Assembly: GCA_039925145.1 (NCBI GenBank)
Contig: JBDSZL010000018.1
Span: 441 to 64,440, forward strand
Direction of reading: 5' to 3'
Origin: Vicinamibacterales bacterium
Lineage (GTDB): Bacteria > Acidobacteriota > Vicinamibacteria > Vicinamibacterales > SCN-69-37
Length of the DNA stretch: 64,000 nt
This document shows, one piece after another, positions 21,150 through 29,729 of the stretch. Each line of letters opens with the position of its first letter. Positions within the stretch are counted from its first letter, which is position 1. The notes under the pieces were generated by a model that did no database searches, had not been told where the DNA came from, and saw nothing but the letters and a program-made list of their open reading frames with translations. The position numbers and the translations under genes are program-made.

Positions 21150-21581
21150 ATGAAAAAGACTCTCTTGATGCTCAGTGCTCTTGCGGTATTTGGCGGCGCC
21201 GGCCTCGTGGCGGCCCAGATCGCCAAAGTGAAGTCGCCAGAAGGCGCCAAGGTGTACATCATCTCGCCGAAGAACGGCGACACAGTCACCTCGCCCTTCA
21301 CCGTGCAGTTCGGCCTGAAGGGCATGGGAATCGCTCCGGCAGGCATGGACCATCCGAACACCGGTCATCACCACCTCTTGATCGACGTGGCACAGATGCC
21401 CGACATGAATGCGCCGATGCCGGCAACCGACAACATCAAGCACTTCGGCATGGGACAGACCGAAGCTGAGGTGACGCTGCCGCCGGGACGCCACACGCTG
21501 CAGCTGGCCTTTGCCGACTACCTGCACCGCGCGCACGACAAGCCGGTGCTGTCCGAGAAGATCACCGTCACGGTCAAGTAA
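21150..21581 (+). CDS. DUF4399 domain-containing protein, secreted
   Basis: MKKTLLMLSALAVFGGAGLVAAQ signal peptide; TGHHHLLIDV and LPPGRHTLQL motifs. Confidence 0.7.
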   Translation: MKKTLLMLSALAVFGGAGLVAAQIAKVKSPEGAKVYIISPKNGDTVTSPFTVQFGLKGMGIAPAGMDHPNTGHHHLLIDVAQMPDMNAPMPATDNIKHFGMGQTEAEVTLPPGRHTLQLAFADYLHRAHDKPVLSEKITVTVK

Positions 21582-21623
21582 CGTCGCGTCGGCGTCGATG
21601 ACAACTCGGCCAGGCCCCTGGCT

Positions 21624-22415
21624 GTGGTAGTGGATTTCTCTCGCTTCGAAGCCGTCTTCCTGGATCTCGATGGGACGGTCTATCACGAGGAGCACCCGCT
21701 GCCGGGGGCCGTCGAGCTGATTGCCCAGCTGCAGCGGCACGCGATCCCCTACGCGTGTCTCTCGAACTCAGCGGCGAGTCCCGAACGCGTTTCGGTGCGC
21801 TTGCAGCAGATGGGAATGGCGGTCCCTCCACGGCTGATTTACACGGCCGCCGCCACATGCGACTACCTCCTGGCGCAGTACGGCGAAACGGCTCGGGTCT
21901 TCAACCTCGCCACCACCTCGGTGCATGAGATGCTGGCGGGTCGGGTGCACTGGGTGGAAGCGCCCGATCAGCCGTGCGATGTCGTGATCGCCGCAGGACC
22001 AGGCGGCGAGATGGCATCCGAGGCGCGTCAGCGCGTGGCCTTGCACCTGCTGCGGAATGGTGCCGTCCTGCTCGGCCTCTGCGCAGATCGCGTCTTCCCC
22101 AGCCCTCGCGGTCTTGAATTCGGTGCGGGGGCGATGTGTGCCTTCCTGGCCTATGCCGCAGACGTGCATCCGGTCTTCTGCGGAAAGCCAGAGGCGGTCT
22201 TCTTTCGCGAGCTGTGCCGTCGCATGCACGTGCAGCCCGATCGCTGTGTGCTCATTGGCGACAACCTCGAGTCGGACGTCATGGGCGCGAAGGCGGTGGG
22301 CATGACGGCGGTACTGGTGCTCAGCGGGGTGGCGCGGCAGAGCGATGTGCGGGCCTTGCCGTTGACGTTGCGGCCCGACGTGATTATCGAATCGCTGACG
22401 GAGCTCGAGGGTTGA
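21624..22415 (+). CDS. HAD-IIA family hydrolase (NagD-like)
   Basis: FLDLDGTVY...PLPGAVELI...LSNS...GKP...IGDNLESD. Confidence 0.75.
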   Translation: MVVDFSRFEAVFLDLDGTVYHEEHPLPGAVELIAQLQRHAIPYACLSNSAASPERVSVRLQQMGMAVPPRLIYTAAATCDYLLAQYGETARVFNLATTSVHEMLAGRVHWVEAPDQPCDVVIAAGPGGEMASEARQRVALHLLRNGAVLLGLCADRVFPSPRGLEFGAGAMCAFLAYAADVHPVFCGKPEAVFFRELCRRMHVQPDRCVLIGDNLESDVMGAKAVGMTAVLVLSGVARQSDVRALPLTLRPDVIIESLTELEG

Positions 22416-22477
22416 GGGCTCAGGCGGCCCGCTACTCAGTGGGGTGACTCGGTCTGGGCAATGTCGCGCCTGATTCC

Positions 22478-23536
22478 TTGTGTTGTGAGCGGCGGCGACT
22501 CAGCGCAGGTGGCGTCTGTCTTGCACTACCGCAACAACAGAGGGGCACTGTGACACTTGGCGTAGCTCAATCTGATGCGCGCGCGCAGCATTCGCGTATC
22601 GAACTCCGCGCGGCGCTGGTCGTGTGCATCGCGATCGGCGGTGCCTGTCATCAGCCCATCAAGTCCACCATCGAGGGGCCACCATCGCCATCTCAGCTCG
22701 CAGAGTTGTGGGTCGAGCCCGAGCCGGGTCGGGATCTCTACTGGGGAGTCGGTGGCGAGCGGCTCGTGCCTGATGCGAGCGCCATCTATCGGGTGCTGAG
22801 CGTCAAGACGAAGGGTTTCAGCCCAGGCTATCGTGTCGCCGACCCGGCGGGGCACGAGTGGAGCGCCAAGTTCTACCCGGAGTCGCACACCGAAGTGACA
22901 GCCTCGCGGCTTCTCTGGGGCATCGGGTATCACCAGCCGCCGGTCTATTACGTCGACCGGTGGATGGCCGACGGCGCACCAAAACCGAACCCGCAAGGGG
23001 GCGCGCGATTCCGTCAACACAAGCCCGACTTCCACGCGATCGCCGAAGACACGACATGGCCGTATCATCAGAATCCATTTGTGGGCACGAGGCAGCTCGC
23101 CGGATTGCTCGTGCTGCACATCATGCTCGGCAACTCTGATCTCAAAGAGGTCAACAACATGGTCTACACGCTCGACGCTCCTGTCGAAGGGGCCACCCGG
23201 TGGTATGTGTCACGCGACCTCGGACACACCTTTGGACGAACCGGCGTCATGGCTGCTCCTCGCGACGACCCCAAGGTGTTCGAGGCAACGCCTTTCATCA
23301 AGGGCGTCTCTGGAGGCGTCGTCCACTTCGACTACCGCGGGCGGCACGACGAGCTCTTCACCAAGATTGCACCCGCCGACGTCCGCTGGATCTGCGACCG
23401 TCTGTCGAAGCTCACCGAGACGCAATGGCGGGACGCGTTTCGCGCGGGCGGTTATGTGGCGCCCATCAGCGATCGCTATATCGCGCGGATGAAACAGAAG
23501 ATAGCGGAAGGTCTGGCGCTGAGGGACGCAGCGTGA
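22478..23536 (+). CDS. Lipoprotein with protein-kinase-like motif set (function unknown)
   Basis: Lipobox IAIGGAC. By eye: Lys motif HEWSAKF, Glu in HTEVTASRL, catalytic-loop-like GNSDLKEVNN, DFG-like SRDLGHTFG. Exact start uncertain. Confidence 0.55.
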   Translation: MCCERRRLSAGGVCLALPQQQRGTVTLGVAQSDARAQHSRIELRAALVVCIAIGGACHQPIKSTIEGPPSPSQLAELWVEPEPGRDLYWGVGGERLVPDASAIYRVLSVKTKGFSPGYRVADPAGHEWSAKFYPESHTEVTASRLLWGIGYHQPPVYYVDRWMADGAPKPNPQGGARFRQHKPDFHAIAEDTTWPYHQNPFVGTRQLAGLLVLHIMLGNSDLKEVNNMVYTLDAPVEGATRWYVSRDLGHTFGRTGVMAAPRDDPKVFEATPFIKGVSGGVVHFDYRGRHDELFTKIAPADVRWICDRLSKLTETQWRDAFRAGGYVAPISDRYIARMKQKIAEGLALRDAA

Positions 23537-24297
23537 GCCGCATCGGCGCCGTCCTTATCGCAGGCACCCTCTTGTCGGCGGCGCCACTGCTGGCGCAGGG
23601 CGAACCGGCCCCCCAATTGAAGGACGGCCAGCAGTTACCGGTCCAGCAGACTCGCACGACCAGCGCCGAAGACGACCCGTGGCATGACATCCAGCTGGCC
23701 ATGGTGCGACTGCCCCTCGCCGCCGTCCTCGGCGCCGCGCTGGCCCTCAGGCCCAAGCGGAAGGGCACGCCTAAGCGCACGCCCGCTGTCGTGCAAACCC
23801 AAATCATCCTGGCCGTCGTCGGCGCCGTGATCATGCTGGTCGTTGGCGCCAGCCTCGCGCGCGCGTTTGGTATCGTCGGCGCCGCCAATCTGATTCGCTA
23901 CCGCTCCAAGGTGGACGACCCGAAGGATGCTGGCGTCATGTTGTGCGCGCTGGCCGTGGGGCTCGCGTCGGGCGTTGGTCTGTACGGCCTCTCAGTCTTC
24001 TCGACGGTATTCATGGTGCTGGCATTGGCTATGATCGAGTCGTTCGAGCCGATGGCGTTCAAACGCTTCGAGCTCAAGATCAAGGCCGGGGAGGCGACTG
24101 CCGAGTTGGGCCCGCGCATCGAGGCCCTGCTGAAGCGGTTTCACTGTCAGCACGAGCTGCGGGCGACATCGACCGAGGAGCTGTCGTACGATGTGCAGGT
24201 GCCGCTCGAAACCGACACCGATCGCATCACGACGGCGATTCTCAAATTGGCCCCTGGCGACACGGCTGTCGATTGGGCGGAGAAGAAGGTCAAGTGA
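23533..24297 (+). CDS. DUF4956 domain-containing membrane protein
   Basis: GTG 23533 overlaps the upstream stop (GTGA). IILAVVGAVIMLVVGASLARAFGIVGAANLIRYRS..DPKD..ML.ALAVGLASG is the DUF4956 core. Confidence 0.7.
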   Translation: MSRIGAVLIAGTLLSAAPLLAQGEPAPQLKDGQQLPVQQTRTTSAEDDPWHDIQLAMVRLPLAAVLGAALALRPKRKGTPKRTPAVVQTQIILAVVGAVIMLVVGASLARAFGIVGAANLIRYRSKVDDPKDAGVMLCALAVGLASGVGLYGLSVFSTVFMVLALAMIESFEPMAFKRFELKIKAGEATAELGPRIEALLKRFHCQHELRATSTEELSYDVQVPLETDTDRITTAILKLAPGDTAVDWAEKKVK

Positions 24298-24331
24298 CGC
24301 TTCGTCGGGTGCACGTCACACCAGGAGTACT

Positions 24332-25267
24332 GTGAAGCTCATTATTCAACCCAACGACGGCCTCGCACCGCTCCTGCGCGCAATCCGTCAGGCACGCAAG
24401 ACGATTGATCTGGTCGTCTTCCGATTCGATCGCGTCGAACTGGAGCGGGCGCTGGCCGCCGCCGTCGCCCGGGGCATTCCCGTCCGGGCGTTGATCGCGC
24501 ACACCAACAGTGGCGGCGAGAAGCGGCTGCGCCGGCTCGAACTGACGCTGCTCGAGGCCGGCGTCACGGTCTCACGCACGGCCGACGACTTGCCGCGCTA
24601 CCACGGCAAGATGACTATCATCGACGACACGCTGTACGTGCTCGGGTTCAACTTCACAAAGCAGGACATCGAGAAGAGCCGGAGCTTCGGCGTGGTCACC
24701 CGCGAGAAGAAGCTGGTGCGCGAGGCCGCCGCGCTGTTCGAGGCCGATTCCACCAGGCAGCCATACAAGCCGGGCAGTGACCGCCTGGTCGTGAGTCCCG
24801 AGACCTCGCGCGAACTGCTCTCCGAGTTCGTCAAGGGTGCCAAGCGACAGTTGCTCATCTACGACGAGCGCATCAGCGACAGCCTGATGCTGCGGCTCGT
24901 CAGAGAGCGCGCCGCCGCCGGGGTCGAGATTCGGGTCATTGGCAGGTTGAACAATGCCATCGAGGGCGTGGCCACGCGGAAACTGCTGGATATGCGGCTG
25001 CACGTGCGGGCCATCATTCGCGACGGCGGCAGCGCCTTTATCGGCAGCCAGAGCCTGCGCAAGCTCGAACTCGATTCCAGGCGTGAGATCGGCGTGCTGC
25101 TCAATGACGCGCGGCTGACTCGCAAGATGGTCGAGGTGTTCGAGGGAGACTGGCTACAGGCCAAGGGCGACAAGACGCCGACGCCGGCCGATGCGCGGCC
25201 GGCCAAGAGCAAGGTCGGGCGCGCCAAGGCTCGGGCTCGGGCTACGGCTTCCGCTGGCGTCGCGTGA
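24332..25267 (+). CDS. Phospholipase D-like (PLDc_2) domain protein
   Basis: GTG 24332 behind AGGAG. One clear HKD motif (YHGKMTIIDD) and a second, degenerate one (LHVRAIIRDG). Confidence 0.7.
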   Translation: MKLIIQPNDGLAPLLRAIRQARKTIDLVVFRFDRVELERALAAAVARGIPVRALIAHTNSGGEKRLRRLELTLLEAGVTVSRTADDLPRYHGKMTIIDDTLYVLGFNFTKQDIEKSRSFGVVTREKKLVREAAALFEADSTRQPYKPGSDRLVVSPETSRELLSEFVKGAKRQLLIYDERISDSLMLRLVRERAAAGVEIRVIGRLNNAIEGVATRKLLDMRLHVRAIIRDGGSAFIGSQSLRKLELDSRREIGVLLNDARLTRKMVEVFEGDWLQAKGDKTPTPADARPAKSKVGRAKARARATASAGVA

Positions 25268-26159
25268 TGACGCCCGAGTCGACGACCTGCCCGGCCCGCG
25301 AGATCGCCTGAAAGGTCAATTCGTCGCCCTGGATCTCGGCCGCGAGAAAGACCAAGTCTGTATCGAGTCCTCTTGCTGTAATCCCGGTGCTCTTGTCGAT
25401 ATTGCCCGCCCGCAGTTTGCCGCCGGAGCCTGTCACGAAATACACAATGCCCTTCTGCGGCTTCACGCGCTCATAGAAATGATCGTGCCCGGTGAAGACG
25501 ACGCTCACGCCGTGGGCCTCGAACATGGGCTCGAGCGTCGCGCGCAACCGCAGATCGGATCCATGAGCTTCTCCCGACGAGTACAGCGGGTGGTGGAAAA
25601 ACGGGATCTTCCAGTCTTCCCCTGAGCCCTTCAGCTCACTGTCGACCCACTTCATCTGCTCGGGCGTCGGGTAGGTGCTTTCAAGGGCAAAGAAGCGCAC
25701 GTTCTGCTTCGGCGCCTTGAAGGAGTAGTAGAGCTTGCCGTCCATGTTGAACAGCTTGTAATAGCGCTGCTCCCGCGCGTCGTGGTTGCCGAGCGACGCA
25801 TAGAACTTCACGCCGGCGTCGAGCAGCGCCTTGTATGGCTGCTCGAATTTGCGCTTGAAGTCCTGCGGCCGTTCGGAGCCGTACAGGTTGTCGCCCACCA
25901 GAATGACGAGCTCGAAGGCAAACCGCTCATGCAGCTTCGCCATCTGGTCGGCCAGCTCGTACTGCACTTTGTCGCCAGAACCGAAATCTCCGAGCACGGC
26001 GAACTTCAGCGATCCATCGCGGTTCGGAAACTGGACCACCGCCTCGGCGGCCCGAGGTGCATCCACGGTGGCGGGGCCGCGGGGTGGCGTGCCGCCCTGC
26101 CGGGCGGTCAGCGCCGTAGTGAGAGCAAGGGTAACGAGTAGCAGTGGCCAGCGTGACAT
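25242..26159 (-). CDS. Metallophosphoesterase (calcineurin-like / purple-acid-phosphatase-like), secreted
   Basis: FAVLGDFGSG, ILVGDNLY, GNHD, and GHDHFYER motifs. Signal peptide from ATG 26159. Confidence 0.8.
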   Translation of the reverse strand: MSRWPLLLVTLALTTALTARQGGTPPRGPATVDAPRAAEAVVQFPNRDGSLKFAVLGDFGSGDKVQYELADQMAKLHERFAFELVILVGDNLYGSERPQDFKRKFEQPYKALLDAGVKFYASLGNHDAREQRYYKLFNMDGKLYYSFKAPKQNVRFFALESTYPTPEQMKWVDSELKGSGEDWKIPFFHHPLYSSGEAHGSDLRLRATLEPMFEAHGVSVVFTGHDHFYERVKPQKGIVYFVTGSGGKLRAGNIDKSTGITARGLDTDLVFLAAEIQGDELTFQAISRAGQVVDSGVITRRQRKP

Positions 26160-26166
26160 TCGAAAC

Positions 26167-26808
26167 CTACGCAGGAGGAAGGGCATTCGGAATGTAATCG
26201 ACGATCAGATGCGAGTCGACGTCGAAGAGGATGAGACTGCTTCCGAGAAACCGATATTCCAGCTCCGCAGGCAGCTTGGGTAGTTCCTCCAGCACCGCGG
26301 GCGGCATGGTCGAGAGCGGAATCGTGTCGGGATACCGCTGGTTGACACGGAACTTGATCCCCACCGGATTCTCGTCCATCACCGACGCACGCAATTGCTT
26401 GCCAGTGGGGCCCCCGAAGATCCGCGTCAGGATCTTGCGCACGACACCCTGCATGCCCGGCGTGAACAGATCGCCCTGCTTGACCCGCGGGCGCGCGAGG
26501 GCAATCTGCTGGCCCAACAACCGCTGGTACCGGTCGATTTGGGTGGGCGTCGCGTCGCGAGGAAGTGCCGGCAGCTTCGCCTTCACCGTTTCGTGGATGT
26601 TGAGATAGGTGCCAAGGCGCTTCTGAAAGTCCGCCATCCAGCTCGCGTCGGCATTGACCGGCGCCCCACCTGGAGTACTGACGTTCTGTGCATCTGCGGC
26701 GGAGGGCAGCACGAGACAGAGCAAGGCCAGCAGAACCCCTAGCCTCCCACTCCCTCGCAGTGCCCGCGGACATGGGTGTCGAGTCATCAGTGGATCCCTT
26801 CGAGACAC
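26167..26808 (-). CDS. Secreted protein of unknown function (paralog of 13097..13747)
   Basis: See 13097..13747. Lies 7 nt upstream of the metallophosphoesterase start, so it is probably co-transcribed. Confidence 0.65.
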   Translation of the reverse strand: MSRRDPLMTRHPCPRALRGSGRLGVLLALLCLVLPSAADAQNVSTPGGAPVNADASWMADFQKRLGTYLNIHETVKAKLPALPRDATPTQIDRYQRLLGQQIALARPRVKQGDLFTPGMQGVVRKILTRIFGGPTGKQLRASVMDENPVGIKFRVNQRYPDTIPLSTMPPAVLEELPKLPAELEYRFLGSSLILFDVDSHLIVDYIPNALPPA

Positions 26809-26844
26809 TGAGGAGGTCTCTTCAGCCTATCGCGTCTTGTGATG

Positions 26845-26877
26845 AAAAGGGGACCGGCTATCGAGACAGCCGGTCCC
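26845..26877 (-). terminator. Rho-independent terminator downstream of the OMP gene
   Basis: Perfect 10-bp stem GGGACCGGCT (26850-26859) / AGCCGGTCCC (26868-26877) with an 8-nt loop. On the minus strand it is followed by C TTTT. Confidence 0.65.
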
Positions 26878-26905
26878 AAGCCAGCACGGCTCCGTTGGAG
26901 TCCGA

Positions 26906-27487
26906 TTAGAACTTGAACGACACGCCGCCGTAGGCGCGCCAGAAGTCGAACTGTCCGAGCGCCACATCAATGCTGTTGTCGTCACTGGGATCCTGCAGCC
27001 GACGGAAGTAGCGCATGTCGCCACGCAGCCCCACGTGCTCGCTGACCATGCCGATCAGGCCAAAGCCGGCGTTCACGCCGAAATCACTGGTGCGGAGGTT
27101 CGACACCAGGGCACTGCCGCTGTCGATGCGCGTCCGTAAGAGACCCACGCCGGCAATGCCGTAGGGTCGAACCGGACCGCCGCCCACACCCACGATCAGA
27201 CTGCCCATGAGCGTGGTCACATTGCTCTTCCCGGAGAAGATCACGTTGGTGCTCTCCTTGAAGAAGTCTGGCGTGTAACCGAACTCGAGCTCAAAACCGG
27301 CGACCTTGCCCTGAGCGGTCAGTGCCACGCCCGTGGACAGCTGGTGGCCGGGGGCGTCGCCATTGAAGGTGACGCCGGCGAAGGGGGTGATGAACGTCTG
27401 CGCACTGGCGCTCATGGGAGCGGCACAGACCCCTGCGACCGCAATGCCCATCGCAATAAACAACTGCTGAATAGAAAGCTTCTGCAT
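26906..27487 (-). CDS. Outer-membrane beta-barrel protein (OmpA-like beta-barrel / OmpW-like small porin family)
   Basis: AAGGAG RBS, signal peptide ending ASAQ, alternating beta pattern, and C-terminal YGGVSFKF. Confidence 0.75.
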   Translation of the reverse strand: MQKLSIQQLFIAMGIAVAGVCAAPMSASAQTFITPFAGVTFNGDAPGHQLSTGVALTAQGKVAGFELEFGYTPDFFKESTNVIFSGKSNVTTLMGSLIVGVGGGPVRPYGIAGVGLLRTRIDSGSALVSNLRTSDFGVNAGFGLIGMVSEHVGLRGDMRYFRRLQDPSDDNSIDVALGQFDFWRAYGGVSFKF

Positions 27488-27639
27488 GATGACGTAACTC
27501 CTTGGAACCCGGGCACAACACGTGTCGCGCGGGCGCATGACGAGCGCATGAAGGGGAGCAGCGTCGCGCGTGCCTATTTGGAGAGCAACTGACGTGCCAT
27601 TCAGGGTGGGGCCTGGGTCCGCGTCGGACCCTCCCAAGA

Positions 27640-28305
27640 TCACGAGACGGCTAAATAGACGTAATTCGAGACCTCACCCGCCACGCTGCTGACCGCGAAT
27701 CCATACAATCCCGGCGTGTTGAGGATGACGTCGAGCTGGACGGTGGTGGAGGTGGGCAATGTGACCGCGGCCGGCGCCAGCGTAGACAGCGTCCCCAAGG
27801 AGTTCACCATGCTCACCGTCAATCCGGGACCCAGATTGGTGCCTTGCAGGGTCAGATGGGCGGCCTGGGAGCTATGCGGCACTCCGGCCGGCGAAATGGC
27901 CGTCAGCGTGGGCGTAGACGCCGTGATCGCACGCACGACGACGGGGAAGGGGGTGGAGGCTTCGGTGTTCGGGTTGCGCACGGTGAAGGTATAGGTGCCG
28001 GCAGTGGGGAACGGGACGGCCGCCGTAAAACCATTGCTGTCGAGCAACTGGATGGCCCCGCCGGAGATGGTCGTCGTGATGCGCGAGGGATTGACCACCT
28101 GTAGCGCCAATCCGGTGAGAAACCTGCTGCCGCTTACGGTCACCACCTGAGGAGCGGCGGTTGGCTGCAGCGCTGCCGGTGACACGCCGGTCACCTGCGG
28201 ATTCGTCACCGGCGCGGTCGGTGAGGTGGTGTCGTGACAGGCCGCAGCGAGCGTGGCCAACATCACGGCTAGCCGAAAGGGACGCGCCGATCTCTGATTC
28301 CGCAT
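27640..28305 (-). CDS. IPT/TIG domain-containing lipoprotein
   Basis: Lipobox LAAAC. Two Ig-like repeats (VTGVSPAAL...VTVSGSRF; LTAISPAGV..LTLQGTNL). Confidence 0.65.
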   Translation of the reverse strand: MRNQRSARPFRLAVMLATLAAACHDTTSPTAPVTNPQVTGVSPAALQPTAAPQVVTVSGSRFLTGLALQVVNPSRITTTISGGAIQLLDSNGFTAAVPFPTAGTYTFTVRNPNTEASTPFPVVVRAITASTPTLTAISPAGVPHSSQAAHLTLQGTNLGPGLTVSMVNSLGTLSTLAPAAVTLPTSTTVQLDVILNTPGLYGFAVSSVAGEVSNYVYLAVS

Positions 28306-28488
28306 GCGTTCTCCTGGTCTGCAAATCCGGATTCGATACATGGCGAAAAGTGAAAGACCGCCCACGGGTCAAGCGCCGGTATTCTCGAAACATTGCGATT
28401 TTGGCCGGAAGTTATCGAGATAACGCCTAGGCCCTGCGTGGCCTGTGCCTTGCAACCTCACTGCGGCAGTCGCCCCGGAAAGACCAGC

Positions 28489-29700
28489 ATGCCGCACGCC
28501 ATCGATACATCTTCATTGTGGACGCCCGGTCGAGCGGCCGTGACCCACCCCCCGTTGACGTCCAATCTGAGGGTGGACGTGCTGGTCCTCGGAGGCGGCA
28601 TCACGGGCATCACGGCGGCGTATCTCCTCAAGAAGTTGGGTAAGCGCGTCGCTCTCCTCGAGCGGGGCACCATCGCGCCAGATCATTCCGGCAATTCGAC
28701 CGCTCACATGACCGCCATCATCGACACGCCGCTAAGCCGGCTGATCGAGCAACTGGGCCCACAGGGGGCCCACGCAGTCTGGCAGGCGGGCTTTGCCTCC
28801 ATCTCCCGACTCCGCGCGATTGTTCGCGACGAGCGCATCAACTGCCGCTTTGCGTGGATGCGGGGGTGCCTGCACGCCTCATCGAATGATGTCACGGGCC
28901 GCCGCGCGGCGGTTGTCCGCGAACTCAACGCCGCCGAGTCGCTCGGCCTGGAGGTGCGGTTCGTCGAAGACCGTCACGGCGTCTCGGGCCCCTGGCTCAT
29001 CGTCGACAATCAAGCCCGCTTCGATCCGGTCGCGTATCTGGATGTACTGGCGTCACGAATTGCGGGAGAGGGCAGCCACCTCTTCGAGTGCACCCAAGTC
29101 GACGCGTTCGAAGAAGGCGATCCGCTCGTTGCCCGTGCTGGGCCGTACCGCATTCTGACGGACTATGTAATTGTCGCCGAGCCGGGGCTCGCCGTAGTCG
29201 TGCCGGGCGATCCGAGCACGCGGCCGTTGCGCACGAACCTCGTCGAGTGCAGCAGCTATACAGTCCGCGGCATCTCCCCGCCCGGTACCATCGATGAGGG
29301 GCTCTATCTGACACACCACGCCGGCTCGTGTGAGTATCTTCGAATCGATCGAAGCGCCGATCACGACGACGTGATTTTCGGCGGGCAGAGACACGACGGC
29401 GCGGCCATGCTCGACGACCTCCCGCAGTTGGCTGTCCTCGACGAGCGCCTGCGAGCGCGCGTGCCTGGGGTCACAATCACCAGCCAGTCGGTCGCGCACG
29501 TGATACGAACGCGGGATGGCCTGCCGTACATCGGCGAGGTGTCTCCGCGGCGATTCATTGCCACCGGCTACGGCGGCAATGGCATGACCTTCGGCACACT
29601 GGGCGGAATGATGGCCGCCGACGCGGTGCTCGGCCGCGCGAACCCGTGGGCTGACCTCTTCGGCGTGGATCCGGAGCGCAGGTCGCGTCAACCCGCGTAG
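28489..29700 (+). CDS. FAD-dependent oxidoreductase (DAO family)
   Basis: VDVLVLGGGITGITAAYLLKKLGKRVALLERG dinucleotide-binding motif. Confidence 0.75.
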   Translation: MPHAIDTSSLWTPGRAAVTHPPLTSNLRVDVLVLGGGITGITAAYLLKKLGKRVALLERGTIAPDHSGNSTAHMTAIIDTPLSRLIEQLGPQGAHAVWQAGFASISRLRAIVRDERINCRFAWMRGCLHASSNDVTGRRAAVVRELNAAESLGLEVRFVEDRHGVSGPWLIVDNQARFDPVAYLDVLASRIAGEGSHLFECTQVDAFEEGDPLVARAGPYRILTDYVIVAEPGLAVVVPGDPSTRPLRTNLVECSSYTVRGISPPGTIDEGLYLTHHAGSCEYLRIDRSADHDDVIFGGQRHDGAAMLDDLPQLAVLDERLRARVPGVTITSQSVAHVIRTRDGLPYIGEVSPRRFIATGYGGNGMTFGTLGGMMAADAVLGRANPWADLFGVDPERRSRQPA

Positions 29701-29729
29701 AGCCGCGCAAGGCCCAACCGCCCCTTCAT

